NCBI GenBank assembly: GCA_947085655.1
Contig: CAMTXH010000010.1
Location: forward strand, 82,015-146,014
Reading direction: 5' to 3'
DNA: 64,000 nucleotides
DNA from: an uncultured Omnitrophica bacterium
Lineage (GTDB): Bacteria; Omnitrophota; Gorgyraeia; JACQQV01
In this document: one piece after another, positions 29,321 to 38,548 of the stretch
Layout of the letters: each line of letters starts with the position of its first letter
How positions within the stretch are numbered: the first letter of the stretch is position 1
The notes under the pieces: generated by a model
Seen by the model: only the letters and a program-made list of their open reading frames with translations
What the model was told of the DNA's origin: nothing
Database searches by the model: none
Made by a program: the position numbers and the translations under genes

Positions 29321-30619
29321 CTACCAAAGTCCCAGACGCGCCGCGAATGCCGACGCCTGGAGACGGATGGCATCTGAATTCACAAAGAGAAGTGACATCG
29401 CCCCGAGCCAGCCGCCCGAAAGAACCGACGGAACCCACTTCCGCGAGAAAAACGAAAAGAATCTCGCCAGCGCGACGGCACCGAAGAGAATCAAAACCGG
29501 TTCAAAGGGCAACCGGTACCGCGGCGTCCCTTGAAAAACAAGACTGACGACGTGAAGATAGAGGAGCGGAACATACAACACCCACAAGTCCTGAAAATGC
29601 CTGAGCGATGCCGCCATCCCCCACAGGATAAAAGGCAGAAGAAATCCGTAGGTCGGGTTAAACATCCCTCCCCCTAAAACCTCCCAGTCAAACGGCGACC
29701 AGAGCAAACCGATTTTTAACGCCTCAAGGCGGGGTATCCGGCCGGGGTTCTCACGGATAAACCGCCATCCCTCCCGAAACAGAAAACGGCTCCTGTCGAT
29801 TTCAGAGTCGAAATGAGCGTTGGCATAATGTGTCGTCTCATCATGTGTGATGAATCCGAGGAGTTTCCCTTCAGGCGGCCGATAAGAGGAATAAAAGGTA
29901 ACCCCTCCGTTTGTAGAGATCGGGGTCCATTGTCCGTATCGATGAAGATTCCGAAGCTCCCAGGGAAGGAGAACAAGATAGAAGGCCAAAAACATTCCCA
30001 AGGAAAGACCGAATCGTCTGTGCCACGACCACGAACGCCTTGTGAGGATTCCCCCCATGAGAAACACTGGAAAGAGGACGATGCTTGTTTTGGTTAGACT
30101 CGCCAATCCCAGACAAATCCCCAATACGCCCGATGTCCTCCAGCCATCTCCCTGATAGACCCGGAGAAGAAGATAGAGTGCTGTGATGAAGAGAAAGGTA
30201 AAAAGAGACTCCGACAGAACCATCGAAGAGACCTTAATCAATGAAAGGGAAAACACGCACAAAAGAAGCGACAAAAGCGCAAGCCGCGGTCCCAAAATCC
30301 TCTTTCCGATCAGATAGGTCAAGGCACAGGTTGCGGTTCCCAAGAACGCCTGAATGATCAGAACAGGAAACAGATTCCGTCCGAATACTCTGTATATGAG
30401 AGAGAGGAAGATCGGGTACAAGGGGGGATGGAAGAAATCGAGTTCCCTGAGATCTTCCCCGCCCGAAGCCAGCAACCAGCCGGTGGCATCGTACCAGGTC
30501 GCATCTCCCTGGAGGGTCTGGCCGGCATGCATGCCGGCGCTCCATAGCCGCAGAAAAAGTGCAAGGCCCAGCAGAAACATCACCCCCCACCCCTCCTTTT
30601 TCCGGAACAAGGTCTCCAT
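29321..30619 (-). CDS. GT-C (ArnT/PMT-like) membrane glycosyltransferase
   Basis: GDATWY, HPPLYP, LSESLF, STNGG, PFDWE, PRYRLPFEP. Confidence 0.8.
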   Translation of the reverse strand: METLFRKKEGWGVMFLLGLALFLRLWSAGMHAGQTLQGDATWYDATGWLLASGGEDLRELDFFHPPLYPIFLSLIYRVFGRNLFPVLIIQAFLGTATCALTYLIGKRILGPRLALLSLLLCVFSLSLIKVSSMVLSESLFTFLFITALYLLLRVYQGDGWRTSGVLGICLGLASLTKTSIVLFPVFLMGGILTRRSWSWHRRFGLSLGMFLAFYLVLLPWELRNLHRYGQWTPISTNGGVTFYSSYRPPEGKLLGFITHDETTHYANAHFDSEIDRSRFLFREGWRFIRENPGRIPRLEALKIGLLWSPFDWEVLGGGMFNPTYGFLLPFILWGMAASLRHFQDLWVLYVPLLYLHVVSLVFQGTPRYRLPFEPVLILFGAVALARFFSFFSRKWVPSVLSGGWLGAMSLLFVNSDAIRLQASAFAARLGLW

Positions 30620-30622
30620 TTC

Positions 30623-31573
30623 TCACACCTTCTCGGCGAACACGATCATCTTGGTAAAAGGAACGATGTAATAGGTCTTGTCATAGAACCCCAAAAGGCG
30701 GCTTGCGCTCTGGAGAAATCTGGCCGTCCCCTTGTGATAGAACTCCCAGCGCCTCAGGATCTTGCCGACCTTGAAATGACGGCCATACTGATGCACCTTC
30801 AAGACACGGAAACCGGTCTTTTGAAGCATCAAGGTCAGAGTTTTCTCTGAGAACAAGTAAAGGTGCTCCTTGACCCGTCGCATATCTTCCCACCTGCCTC
30901 CGAGGAGTCGCGCCAGAAGACTCCCCGCATTCGGGGTGGCGATGGTCACAACACCGCCGGGTCTTAAAAGGGCATGGACCTTCTGAAGGGCCGAGAAAGG
31001 ATCGTGGAAGTGTTCAATGACATCCAAAAGAACTCCTGCATCGAATGAGATGGGCGGCAGAACCTGCTCCTCAAATGATCCCTGGACAACATCGAGCCCC
31101 AGCCTGTGTCTGGCGTAGCGGACGGCGGCCTCAGAGATCTCCATACCGGTCACTTCCCACCCATGCCGTCTTGCAACTTCGAGAAAATACCCCGGGCCAC
31201 ATCCGATATCGAAGAGGTGGCCGGGCGACGTCAAAACTTGCAACCGCTGGACGACCTTTTCAAAGGACCGCTCGATCTCCTGACGTTCAGAGATATATTC
31301 GGCATACCCATACATGTAACCGTCAAATTGATAGAACTTCGGATTATGAAAATATTCCGACTGGGAATAGATCTTTTCAACTTCCTCCCGGACGAGGCGT
31401 GGATTCACGTAGATCAACCCGCATTTTCGGCAGCGCACGATTTGGAAACCGTCGATGCGGTAAAGCCGTGTCGCATCCTCTGCACCGCAGAGGTTGCAGG
31501 GGACGATTTCCAGTCGTTGCTGGCCTTCTTTTGTCCGGAGCGCCTTTTCCTTTATCGTCGTTTCAGGCATCAT
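30623..31573 (-). CDS. class I SAM-dependent methyltransferase with N-terminal Zn-ribbon
   Basis: CNLC...CRKC, FDIGCGPG, DVIEH, ATPN, HLYLF. Confidence 0.88.
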   Translation of the reverse strand: MMPETTIKEKALRTKEGQQRLEIVPCNLCGAEDATRLYRIDGFQIVRCRKCGLIYVNPRLVREEVEKIYSQSEYFHNPKFYQFDGYMYGYAEYISERQEIERSFEKVVQRLQVLTSPGHLFDIGCGPGYFLEVARRHGWEVTGMEISEAAVRYARHRLGLDVVQGSFEEQVLPPISFDAGVLLDVIEHFHDPFSALQKVHALLRPGGVVTIATPNAGSLLARLLGGRWEDMRRVKEHLYLFSEKTLTLMLQKTGFRVLKVHQYGRHFKVGKILRRWEFYHKGTARFLQSASRLLGFYDKTYYIVPFTKMIVFAEKV

Positions 31574-32793
31574 GGTTTTGTCCCTACCGTTGCGGCCTCT
31601 TCCTCAAAAGTCTTCGCCTCCTTTAAGGAAGAGGGTTCCCATCGGTGCCTCTTTCCATTTCGCAATGTCTCATAGAGAGATTCCAAGCGGCGGGCGGCTT
31701 GAAGTGCAGAAAACTTTCTCTGCACATAAGACCGGCCCTCCTGGGCCATTCTTTGCAACTGATCGGGATGGGACAACATCATCTCGAGTTTGGCTTCTAA
31801 GGCATGGCTATCTCCCGGAGGAACCAGAAAGCCGGTCTGTCCGTCCTGTATCGCTTCCTGATTCGGACCGATATTGGTTGCAAGGACCGGCCGTCCGGAG
31901 GCCATCGCCTCCAAAAGGCAAAAAGGCATTCCCTCGCTCAGCGTCGGGAAGACAAAGCCGTCACACGCACTCAAAAGATTCTTGACATCAAGACGCCGTC
32001 CCAAAAAGGAGACGGCATTCTGTAATCCGAGGGACTGCACCAGATCTTCCAATGTCTTGCGAAAGGACCCCTCTCCGACGATCCAGAGCCGCACGTGGGG
32101 ATGGCGCCGGAAAACCCCTGCAAAGGCGCGAATCAAAAAAGGGTGGCCCTTATCCGGGTGGAGCTTCCCCACGGTCACAAACAGAAAGGCGTCCCCCCTC
32201 AACCCCCACGCAGCCCGATGTCGTCTCCGCTCCTCTTCGGGCATCGTCGAAAAGGCCTCTTCGCCGATCGCGTTATAGATGACAGAGATCTGCCCAGGAT
32301 CGACCCGGAGATGTCGCATGATGGAATCGCGCACCGTTTCTGAAACGGCAACAAAGTGTTGGCACCACCGCGCACTCCAACGGTCGAGCCATAAACGCTT
32401 CTGCGAATAGAGTGACAAGTGCCTGTTGTCATAAACCGTTGACTGGACTGTGGAGATCGCAAGGGGAGTCCTTGAAAATCGTCCCGCCAGTCGGCCGTAA
32501 AGATCCGCCCAGAAAAGCTGGGTGTGGAGGATGTGGGGACGGTATCGGCGAATCAACCGAACGAGGCCCGAAACAATACGGGCTCCGTCGGAAGGATGGG
32601 ATGCCGACATCCCCACCGTAGAAACCCCCAGACGCTCAAAATCCTTTTTCAGGTCATCCTCCTTTGTCAGAAAACAGACAACAGGCTCAAAACGGGACCG
32701 GTCTAAATTCTCCATGTCTATCAGGAGGCGCTTCTCGGCCCCCCCCAGTCCCAAACTTTCGATCAGATAGAAGATGCGACATCGATCAACCAT
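31570..32793 (-). CDS. GT4 glycosyltransferase
   Basis: GGAE, HTQL, GKLHPDKG, EGMPFCLLEAMA. Confidence 0.92.
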   Translation of the reverse strand: MVDRCRIFYLIESLGLGGAEKRLLIDMENLDRSRFEPVVCFLTKEDDLKKDFERLGVSTVGMSASHPSDGARIVSGLVRLIRRYRPHILHTQLFWADLYGRLAGRFSRTPLAISTVQSTVYDNRHLSLYSQKRLWLDRWSARWCQHFVAVSETVRDSIMRHLRVDPGQISVIYNAIGEEAFSTMPEEERRRHRAAWGLRGDAFLFVTVGKLHPDKGHPFLIRAFAGVFRRHPHVRLWIVGEGSFRKTLEDLVQSLGLQNAVSFLGRRLDVKNLLSACDGFVFPTLSEGMPFCLLEAMASGRPVLATNIGPNQEAIQDGQTGFLVPPGDSHALEAKLEMMLSHPDQLQRMAQEGRSYVQRKFSALQAARRLESLYETLRNGKRHRWEPSSLKEAKTFEEEAATVGTKP

Positions 32794-33340
32794 ACGCTTT
32801 TTCGATCGCCCGCAGATAGCCCTTTTCCCACTTTTTTTGAGCCGTGAGGATCAGTCGGATCGTTTCCGCGACGGCACCCTCTCCGCCCTTCTTCCGTGTG
32901 ACGTACCGGGCGGCCTTTTTGACTTCCGGAACCGCGTCGCTGACCGCGACTGGAAAACCGACTCTTTGAAGAACGGGAAGATCCAGAAAATCATCCCCGA
33001 TATAAGCAACCTCCTCATCGCAGAGGTGGTGCTTTTTTTCGACCTCATCCAAAATTTTGAGTTTGTTCAGATTGTTCAGGTAAATGCCGTCCACCTTCAT
33101 TTTTTCCGCGCGCTGTTTGACCACCCTGGAATCCCGGCCCGAAACAAGAACCCGGAGCAGACCCGCTTCCTTCGCGGCCCAGCTCGCCGCACCGTCATGG
33201 ACGCAAAATTCCTTGATCTCATGGAGTCCTTCCCCGTTCAGGGAACCTGCCCAAATAATGCTCGGCTTCGCCAGGACCCCGTCGACATCGATCAGGAATA
33301 ACTTAATTTTTTTTAACCGTGCTCTCAATCCTTGCTTCAC
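32786..33340 (-). CDS. kdsC: KdsC/YrbI-family HAD phosphatase (ulosonate-phosphate phosphatase)
   Basis: DVDGVL, VHDG, SGR, YIGDDFLD, GGEGAVAE. Confidence 0.85.
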   Translation of the reverse strand: MKQGLRARLKKIKLFLIDVDGVLAKPSIIWAGSLNGEGLHEIKEFCVHDGAASWAAKEAGLLRVLVSGRDSRVVKQRAEKMKVDGIYLNNLNKLKILDEVEKKHHLCDEEVAYIGDDFLDLPVLQRVGFPVAVSDAVPEVKKAARYVTRKKGGEGAVAETIRLILTAQKKWEKGYLRAIEKAYG

Positions 33341-34073
33341 GAGTCGTGTCCTCTGGTTTTAAGATCTTTCTGACTTCAAAAAGGTCGGAAAGGGTATCGA
33401 CGCTGATCGTCTTACGGCGTGTTTCGACGCCCTTGACCTTAATGCCGTTCTCGACCGCCCGGAGCAGTTCCACCCCTTCCACAAGTTCAAGAGGGGTCGG
33501 GGACATCGACGCAAACTCCAGAAGAAACTCCTTCCGGAAGGCATAAAGCCCTACCTGTTTATAAGCCGTGTAGGCCTGGCGTGTTTTGGGGTAAGGGATC
33601 GGGCTTCTTGAAAAGAAGAGGACATCACCTTTTGTGTCTATGACCGTCTTAACAACGGTGGTATCGATAAAGTCCGCGGGGTCTTCGATCGGAGACATCA
33701 AAGTTGAAACCAAGCAGCCGGGTTCTTTCAAAAGCGGCTGTGCGGCCTGTTCGAGCATCTCAGGATGGACGAGCGGCTCATCCCCTTGAACATTGAGAAT
33801 AATGTCGGCGTCGATATCCAAAACGGCCTCTGCAATCCGGTCGGTTCCGGTCTTGTGTTCGGGACTTGTCAAAATCACCTTGCCACCGAACGCCTCAACG
33901 GCTTTTTGGATTCTCTGATCGTCCGTCGCGACAAAGACATCCTGAATGCCCTTGGCGCGCCCTGCCCCCTTGAACACGTAGTAAATCATCGGTCTGCCAT
34001 GAATCTCTGCAAGCGGTTTCCCCTCAAAACGGGTGGACTGGTAACGTGCCGGAATAACGGCGACGATTTTCAT
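33303..34073 (-). CDS. kdsB: 3-deoxy-manno-octulosonate cytidylyltransferase-like (CMP-Kdo synthetase), divergent
   Basis: IPARYQSTRFEGKPL, GTDR, NVQGDEP, FSRSPIP, SVDT. Confidence 0.88.
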   Translation of the reverse strand: MKIVAVIPARYQSTRFEGKPLAEIHGRPMIYYVFKGAGRAKGIQDVFVATDDQRIQKAVEAFGGKVILTSPEHKTGTDRIAEAVLDIDADIILNVQGDEPLVHPEMLEQAAQPLLKEPGCLVSTLMSPIEDPADFIDTTVVKTVIDTKGDVLFFSRSPIPYPKTRQAYTAYKQVGLYAFRKEFLLEFASMSPTPLELVEGVELLRAVENGIKVKGVETRRKTISVDTLSDLFEVRKILKPEDTTREARIESTVKKN

Positions 34074-35419
34074 TGCAGTATCCTTTCAACCAACTCTTTA
34101 TGTCTGTCGAATGTCTCTTTCTGCCGGCCCACGATCTCACAGGTCCTCCCCCGGAGTCGTTCCATCAGGGATCGGTCTTCCAAAAGCATGGTGACGTTAC
34201 GGACAAGCTCCTCCGCGCTGCCGACCTGCAGGCCGGGCCAGCAATCGAGCAATTGCGCCAGGAACGCCTTGCGTAGATGGATATTCCTTCCAAAGAAAAA
34301 CGGCTTTTCGTGCAGCATCGGCTCCGCAACATTGTGACAAAGGCCTTTCCAATGGGTATCCTCCGTCTCGAGGCTGCTGCCCCCGATAAAGACAAACGTC
34401 GCGAGTCCGTACAGGTATCTCAACTCGCCGTAGGTGTCCAGCAGGATAATGCTGTCCGGTGCCAATCCTTCTTTTTGGATCTTACTTTTCCGAATCGACG
34501 CACATGAAAAATCGCGGAGCCGCCTTTCCATGTCATCCAAATGCTCAATCCAACGGGGTGCGATTAAAAGACGGAGCCGGGGAAATTTCTCCCTGAGTTT
34601 CCGGCAGGCCGAGGCGATGAGGGGAATTTCTTCCGTATGGAGACTGCCCACAACCCATAGGATCTCATCCGGGTGAAGGCCCAGTTCTTTCCGATAGGCG
34701 GCGGTCTGTTCGTCGGAAAGCCGGATGTCCTCCGCGGAAAACTTAAGGTCTCCGAGAACAAAGATACGCCCGGGTTCAACACCCAAACGTTTATATCCTT
34801 CCGCGTCCTCCTCCCCCTTAACGCCAATCCACTGCAGCGCTTCGTAAAAGCGGAGGGACATGGCCCGCTGCATATAACGATTCCCCTCCCAACCTTCCGG
34901 AAAAAAGCCGCTGAGGAGCGCTGTCGGGATTCCTTTCTGGTACGCCGTCTTCAAGCCGAGCGGAAACTTGGCGCTTTCCACCGTAAAAAGCGCTCTCGGC
35001 TTCAGCAGTCGGAACAGACGGCTCACCGGTGCGGGCAAATCCCACGGCGAATGCAAAACAAGATGAAAGAGTCCCTCCTCCTGCGCCTTCTGAAACGCGG
35101 ATTCGTCGCTGGTTGAGCAGACGAGAAGGTCGTCCGGAAAAGAGGCGTTCATCCACCGGCAGAGTGCGCGCATCTGGTAAAGTTCTCCCAAAGATTGGGC
35201 TTCAATCCAGATCGATCTTTTTCCGTTGAGTCTTTGGGCGTCCTCCCGGTTCAAAAATCCCCAACGGTTCCAGAAATAGTCGTGCCAATACCGGTCGCGG
35301 CTTAAAAGAATGCGACTGGTCCAGGTGATCGGCAGATAGGCATAGGCCTTCATGCGATACCCCAGGGGTGATGTAATCGTCAAATATCTCAGGTGTGAAA
35401 ACGAAAGTCTGTTATGCAT
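34070..35419 (-). CDS. waaA: WaaA/KdtA-like (GT30) CMP-ulosonate transferase, divergent
   Basis: IWIEAQSLGE, PWDLP, GDLKF, APR, DTYGEL, FIGGS...HNVAEP. Confidence 0.78.
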   Translation of the reverse strand: MHNRLSFSHLRYLTITSPLGYRMKAYAYLPITWTSRILLSRDRYWHDYFWNRWGFLNREDAQRLNGKRSIWIEAQSLGELYQMRALCRWMNASFPDDLLVCSTSDESAFQKAQEEGLFHLVLHSPWDLPAPVSRLFRLLKPRALFTVESAKFPLGLKTAYQKGIPTALLSGFFPEGWEGNRYMQRAMSLRFYEALQWIGVKGEEDAEGYKRLGVEPGRIFVLGDLKFSAEDIRLSDEQTAAYRKELGLHPDEILWVVGSLHTEEIPLIASACRKLREKFPRLRLLIAPRWIEHLDDMERRLRDFSCASIRKSKIQKEGLAPDSIILLDTYGELRYLYGLATFVFIGGSSLETEDTHWKGLCHNVAEPMLHEKPFFFGRNIHLRKAFLAQLLDCWPGLQVGSAEELVRNVTMLLEDRSLMERLRGRTCEIVGRQKETFDRHKELVERILQ

Positions 35420-35434
35420 CCTCTCTCATTCAGG

Positions 35435-36469
35435 TTAGATCCGGCCTATGTACTCAAAAATCGGATCATGCGGCATCTTTTCCGAAAAGAAAAGCCAGCG
35501 TCTCGGGTACGAATTGGGCCTCGTAAAAGCAGGGGAGATTCTGAAGTGGAGTCTCTTCTCCGGGTCCCAAACGGGATAATCCAATAGGGTAATGTCCGAA
35601 TCATAAAGCTGGGACGACTGGACGCGATTCACGGTGAAGAAGAACCTCGCCGTCTTAAAGACGGGGGACTCCATGTAATATTCGAACCACTGCCGCTTCA
35701 TCTCTCCGAAGGAGGTAAAATTCGTCACAAGATCCGACGATTCCCGGCCCAACCGGTCATAACAGGGAATCGGGACAAGGATAAAATCGTACTGCCGAAT
35801 GAAATCTCTTGTGATTTCCTTTTGGTCCAAAAATTCTTTGACCCCCGCGATCCGCGCTTCGGGAAGATAACTTCCCAGAAAGTAGTAGGCCAGAATCAAC
35901 TGCGCCGAGAAATCCACAAGGATGTGATGGGATTGGGGCCATTCCTGCTTGACCAGCCCTGAGAAAACGCCGTAACTGCTCCCGATATCCAGAGTGATAA
36001 AATCATCTGCAAGATGTTTTCCGAGTATTTCCTTGAGAAGACCGGTGAGATAGACATGTTTGAACCACCGGTGGGTGTAGCGATAACCTTGATATTGAAA
36101 GACGCTGGGATTCCCGACGTCGGGGCAAGGGTGTCTTTTTAAAAGGTCGGTATATTTTGCCTCTTCAAGGACCTTAAAACACTCAATCAGATGCCTCCGG
36201 TCGCCGCGTCTGCCGCCGCCCAAAAAATTCCTCGGGTCCAAGGCATGCATGTCATAATTAGGCGTATCCGGCACAAAGATATGCAGCCGCCTGAAATTGG
36301 AAAGGGCCTCTTTGTTCAGCAACCCATCCCGGTGGATGAGGCGATCCGGTTCGCTCTCCAGGCGCTCGCGCCATGTCTCACAAAGGTCTTCCCCGTAGCG
36401 GGCTGCGCCATCCAACGCCCGGTGGCTTTCCAGCTCGGCCTGAATCTGATTGAGGAGGTCGTTTTTCAT
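35435..36469 (-). CDS. putative sugar O-methyltransferase (NanM-like family); candidate carboxymethyltransferase
   Basis: PDVGNP, LDIGSSYG, ILVD...QL...YFL, DLVTNFTSFGEM motifs; ATGA-coupled to cmoA. Confidence 0.7.
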   Translation of the reverse strand: MKNDLLNQIQAELESHRALDGAARYGEDLCETWRERLESEPDRLIHRDGLLNKEALSNFRRLHIFVPDTPNYDMHALDPRNFLGGGRRGDRRHLIECFKVLEEAKYTDLLKRHPCPDVGNPSVFQYQGYRYTHRWFKHVYLTGLLKEILGKHLADDFITLDIGSSYGVFSGLVKQEWPQSHHILVDFSAQLILAYYFLGSYLPEARIAGVKEFLDQKEITRDFIRQYDFILVPIPCYDRLGRESSDLVTNFTSFGEMKRQWFEYYMESPVFKTARFFFTVNRVQSSQLYDSDITLLDYPVWDPEKRLHFRISPAFTRPNSYPRRWLFFSEKMPHDPIFEYIGRI

Positions 36470-37239
36470 ACCTCGTCCAACTCAACTCTTGTATTTTTCT
36501 TGAGGCACAAAAAACCGGCAAAATTGTACCACTGAAAAAAGGTATCGACCGCCTGAAACCCGTTTCGCTTGAATAATTGAACATTTTCCTCGATCCGGTA
36601 GGGAACCAGGACATTTTCCAGGGCTTCGCGTTTGCGCCCGATTTCCGCGTCCGAATAGCCGTTTCTCCTTTTGAAGTCATAATACAGTTCCACAAAAAGC
36701 CGGTTCGTATCGGTGTTGTTTGTCAAAATTTTCTCCAAAACCAGCAAAATCCCGTTATCGACCAGAGCGTGGTGAATCGAACGGATCAGACGGTCGCGCA
36801 TGAGCGGCCTGATAAACTGAAGGGTCCAGCACATCGTCACGACACTGGCATTTTGCATCGGGACCTCCCCGTTCAGATCGGCATAGGCGATCTCAACGAC
36901 GCCGTCCAAGCCGATTCGGCTCACCTTTTCTCTCGCCTTTGAGATCATCGGTTCCGAATTGTCATAACCGATCAGGTGTTTTCCCGTTTTCTTCATGTCG
37001 CGGCCGATATTCGTCAAGGTCGTCCCCGTCGAACACCCCAGGTCGTAGATATTCGTCCCCTTGATATAGAACTTCTTGGTGAGTTCCTTAACGATGGCTT
37101 GCTGCTCCAGATAAAAAGGAACGCTCCGGACAAGCATGTCGTCAAAGACCGCCGCTACGTCGGGCCCAAACTCAAAATCACTGACCCGGGATGCTGTTTT
37201 CGCAAAGATCGTGTCTGCTTTCATCGTCTCTGTTTTCAT
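36466..37239 (-). CDS. cmoA: carboxy-S-adenosyl-L-methionine synthase
   Basis: F..DVAAVFDDMLVRSVPFY, YDLGCSTG, DNSEPM, NASVV..TLQF, LEK, YYDFKRRNGYS..EI..KREALENVL (Arg199-equivalent kept); start at 37239 with AAGGAG SD. Confidence 0.88.
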   Translation of the reverse strand: MKTETMKADTIFAKTASRVSDFEFGPDVAAVFDDMLVRSVPFYLEQQAIVKELTKKFYIKGTNIYDLGCSTGTTLTNIGRDMKKTGKHLIGYDNSEPMISKAREKVSRIGLDGVVEIAYADLNGEVPMQNASVVTMCWTLQFIRPLMRDRLIRSIHHALVDNGILLVLEKILTNNTDTNRLFVELYYDFKRRNGYSDAEIGRKREALENVLVPYRIEENVQLFKRNGFQAVDTFFQWYNFAGFLCLKKNTRVELDEV

Positions 37240-37240
37240 C

Positions 37241-38548
37241 TCATCTCTCCTTTGCATTATGAACCGTTAAACTCTGGATCAGCGCAGTGACCCGCTCATG
37301 TGTTTTACCATCCAAATAGTGGCAGATCCGTTCCTTTAAGGCAGCCCTCTCTTGGCGCTCCAAAGAGGGGTCTTTGAGATACTCATTCACCCTCTGGATC
37401 AACTCAAATTCATCCCTCGCGATCCGGCTCGCCCCTGTCTCGCGGACAGGACGAAAGTGGTACTCCCAGTGTCTTTTGAGAATGTGTGTTTTGAAGGCCC
37501 CCGCATTTTGGGGATCGAAGGCGACATTGACAACGGGCGTGTCCAAAAGGGCTGCCTCGATCGTCACCGTTGAAGCAACGTTGACGAGGACATCGCTGTG
37601 TTTGATCAGATTGGCGACGTGCCTCGATTCCGCCAGGTCAGGATCCCAACCAAGTGTTGGTGAAATACGGCCCTTCAGATCGAGGGTCACATCGGGACAC
37701 GCCGGTAACTCCCACTTCGTCTCCTTCTGGAACATGATCGGATGGAACCGGCAAACCAGTTGCGACGGTTCGGCCAGTTTACCCTCACGCATCGCCCGGC
37801 GCAGGTGTTCGACCACATGAAGGCAATCTCCGCGCAGATTGCGCAGATAATACCCTGCAATCGTAATGAGTTTCTTCCGGGGATCCAATCCAAGCCGCTT
37901 AAAGAAGGCGTCTCTCGACTCAAATGTCTGTTCCTCGTAATAATGGTCAAACTGGAGGGGGCCGACGACCCATATCCGATTTTCCGGAAAGTGCCAAGTC
38001 CGAACGACTTCCTCTTTCATTAATGGATTCCAGACGGCCAGATAACCGGGTCTTACCCGCAGGGTGTCTTTGATCGGACTGAAGTTGTCCCAACTGTGCA
38101 CGACACAGAGCACCGGTATCTTCCAATTCCTTGCCTCCCGGATCAGGGGGAGATCCTGTGTTGTGTGGAGCCCGCATCCCGCCGTAACGAGCAGGGCGGG
38201 TTGATGCTTTTGAAACATTTCCCCATATTGTATCGGCTCCGAACGCGTCGCCAGCCAATGGTGCATCTTCATCGCCAAAAGGTAAGGCGTACGGGAGCCC
38301 CTGAGTCTCCTCCCGCATTTCCATAAAAGAGCCCTGCAGAATCCCTCCTCTTTGTCGGCAGCACCCATCGGCTCAAACAGGACCTGTCCATTTAAGGCGA
38401 ATTCCTTAACGAAAGAAGGGTCACGAGCGGCCGTCGAGACGATAACCGCTCGCATGTCCCGCCTGGATAAAATCCCTGCCAAGAGGCGGCTCCGTAACAG
38501 GGATCTTGCGTAACGTCCGATCGGAATCGAAAAGAAAATGGTCTTCAT
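37241..38548 (-). CDS. GT-B protein of CDP-glycerol glycerophosphotransferase-like type, candidate ulosonic-acid transferase
   Basis: VHSWDN, VWN, VGPLQFD, RFHP, STVTIEAA..DTPVV, DGK. Confidence 0.65.
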   Translation of the reverse strand: MKTIFFSIPIGRYARSLLRSRLLAGILSRRDMRAVIVSTAARDPSFVKEFALNGQVLFEPMGAADKEEGFCRALLWKCGRRLRGSRTPYLLAMKMHHWLATRSEPIQYGEMFQKHQPALLVTAGCGLHTTQDLPLIREARNWKIPVLCVVHSWDNFSPIKDTLRVRPGYLAVWNPLMKEEVVRTWHFPENRIWVVGPLQFDHYYEEQTFESRDAFFKRLGLDPRKKLITIAGYYLRNLRGDCLHVVEHLRRAMREGKLAEPSQLVCRFHPIMFQKETKWELPACPDVTLDLKGRISPTLGWDPDLAESRHVANLIKHSDVLVNVASTVTIEAALLDTPVVNVAFDPQNAGAFKTHILKRHWEYHFRPVRETGASRIARDEFELIQRVNEYLKDPSLERQERAALKERICHYLDGKTHERVTALIQSLTVHNAKER

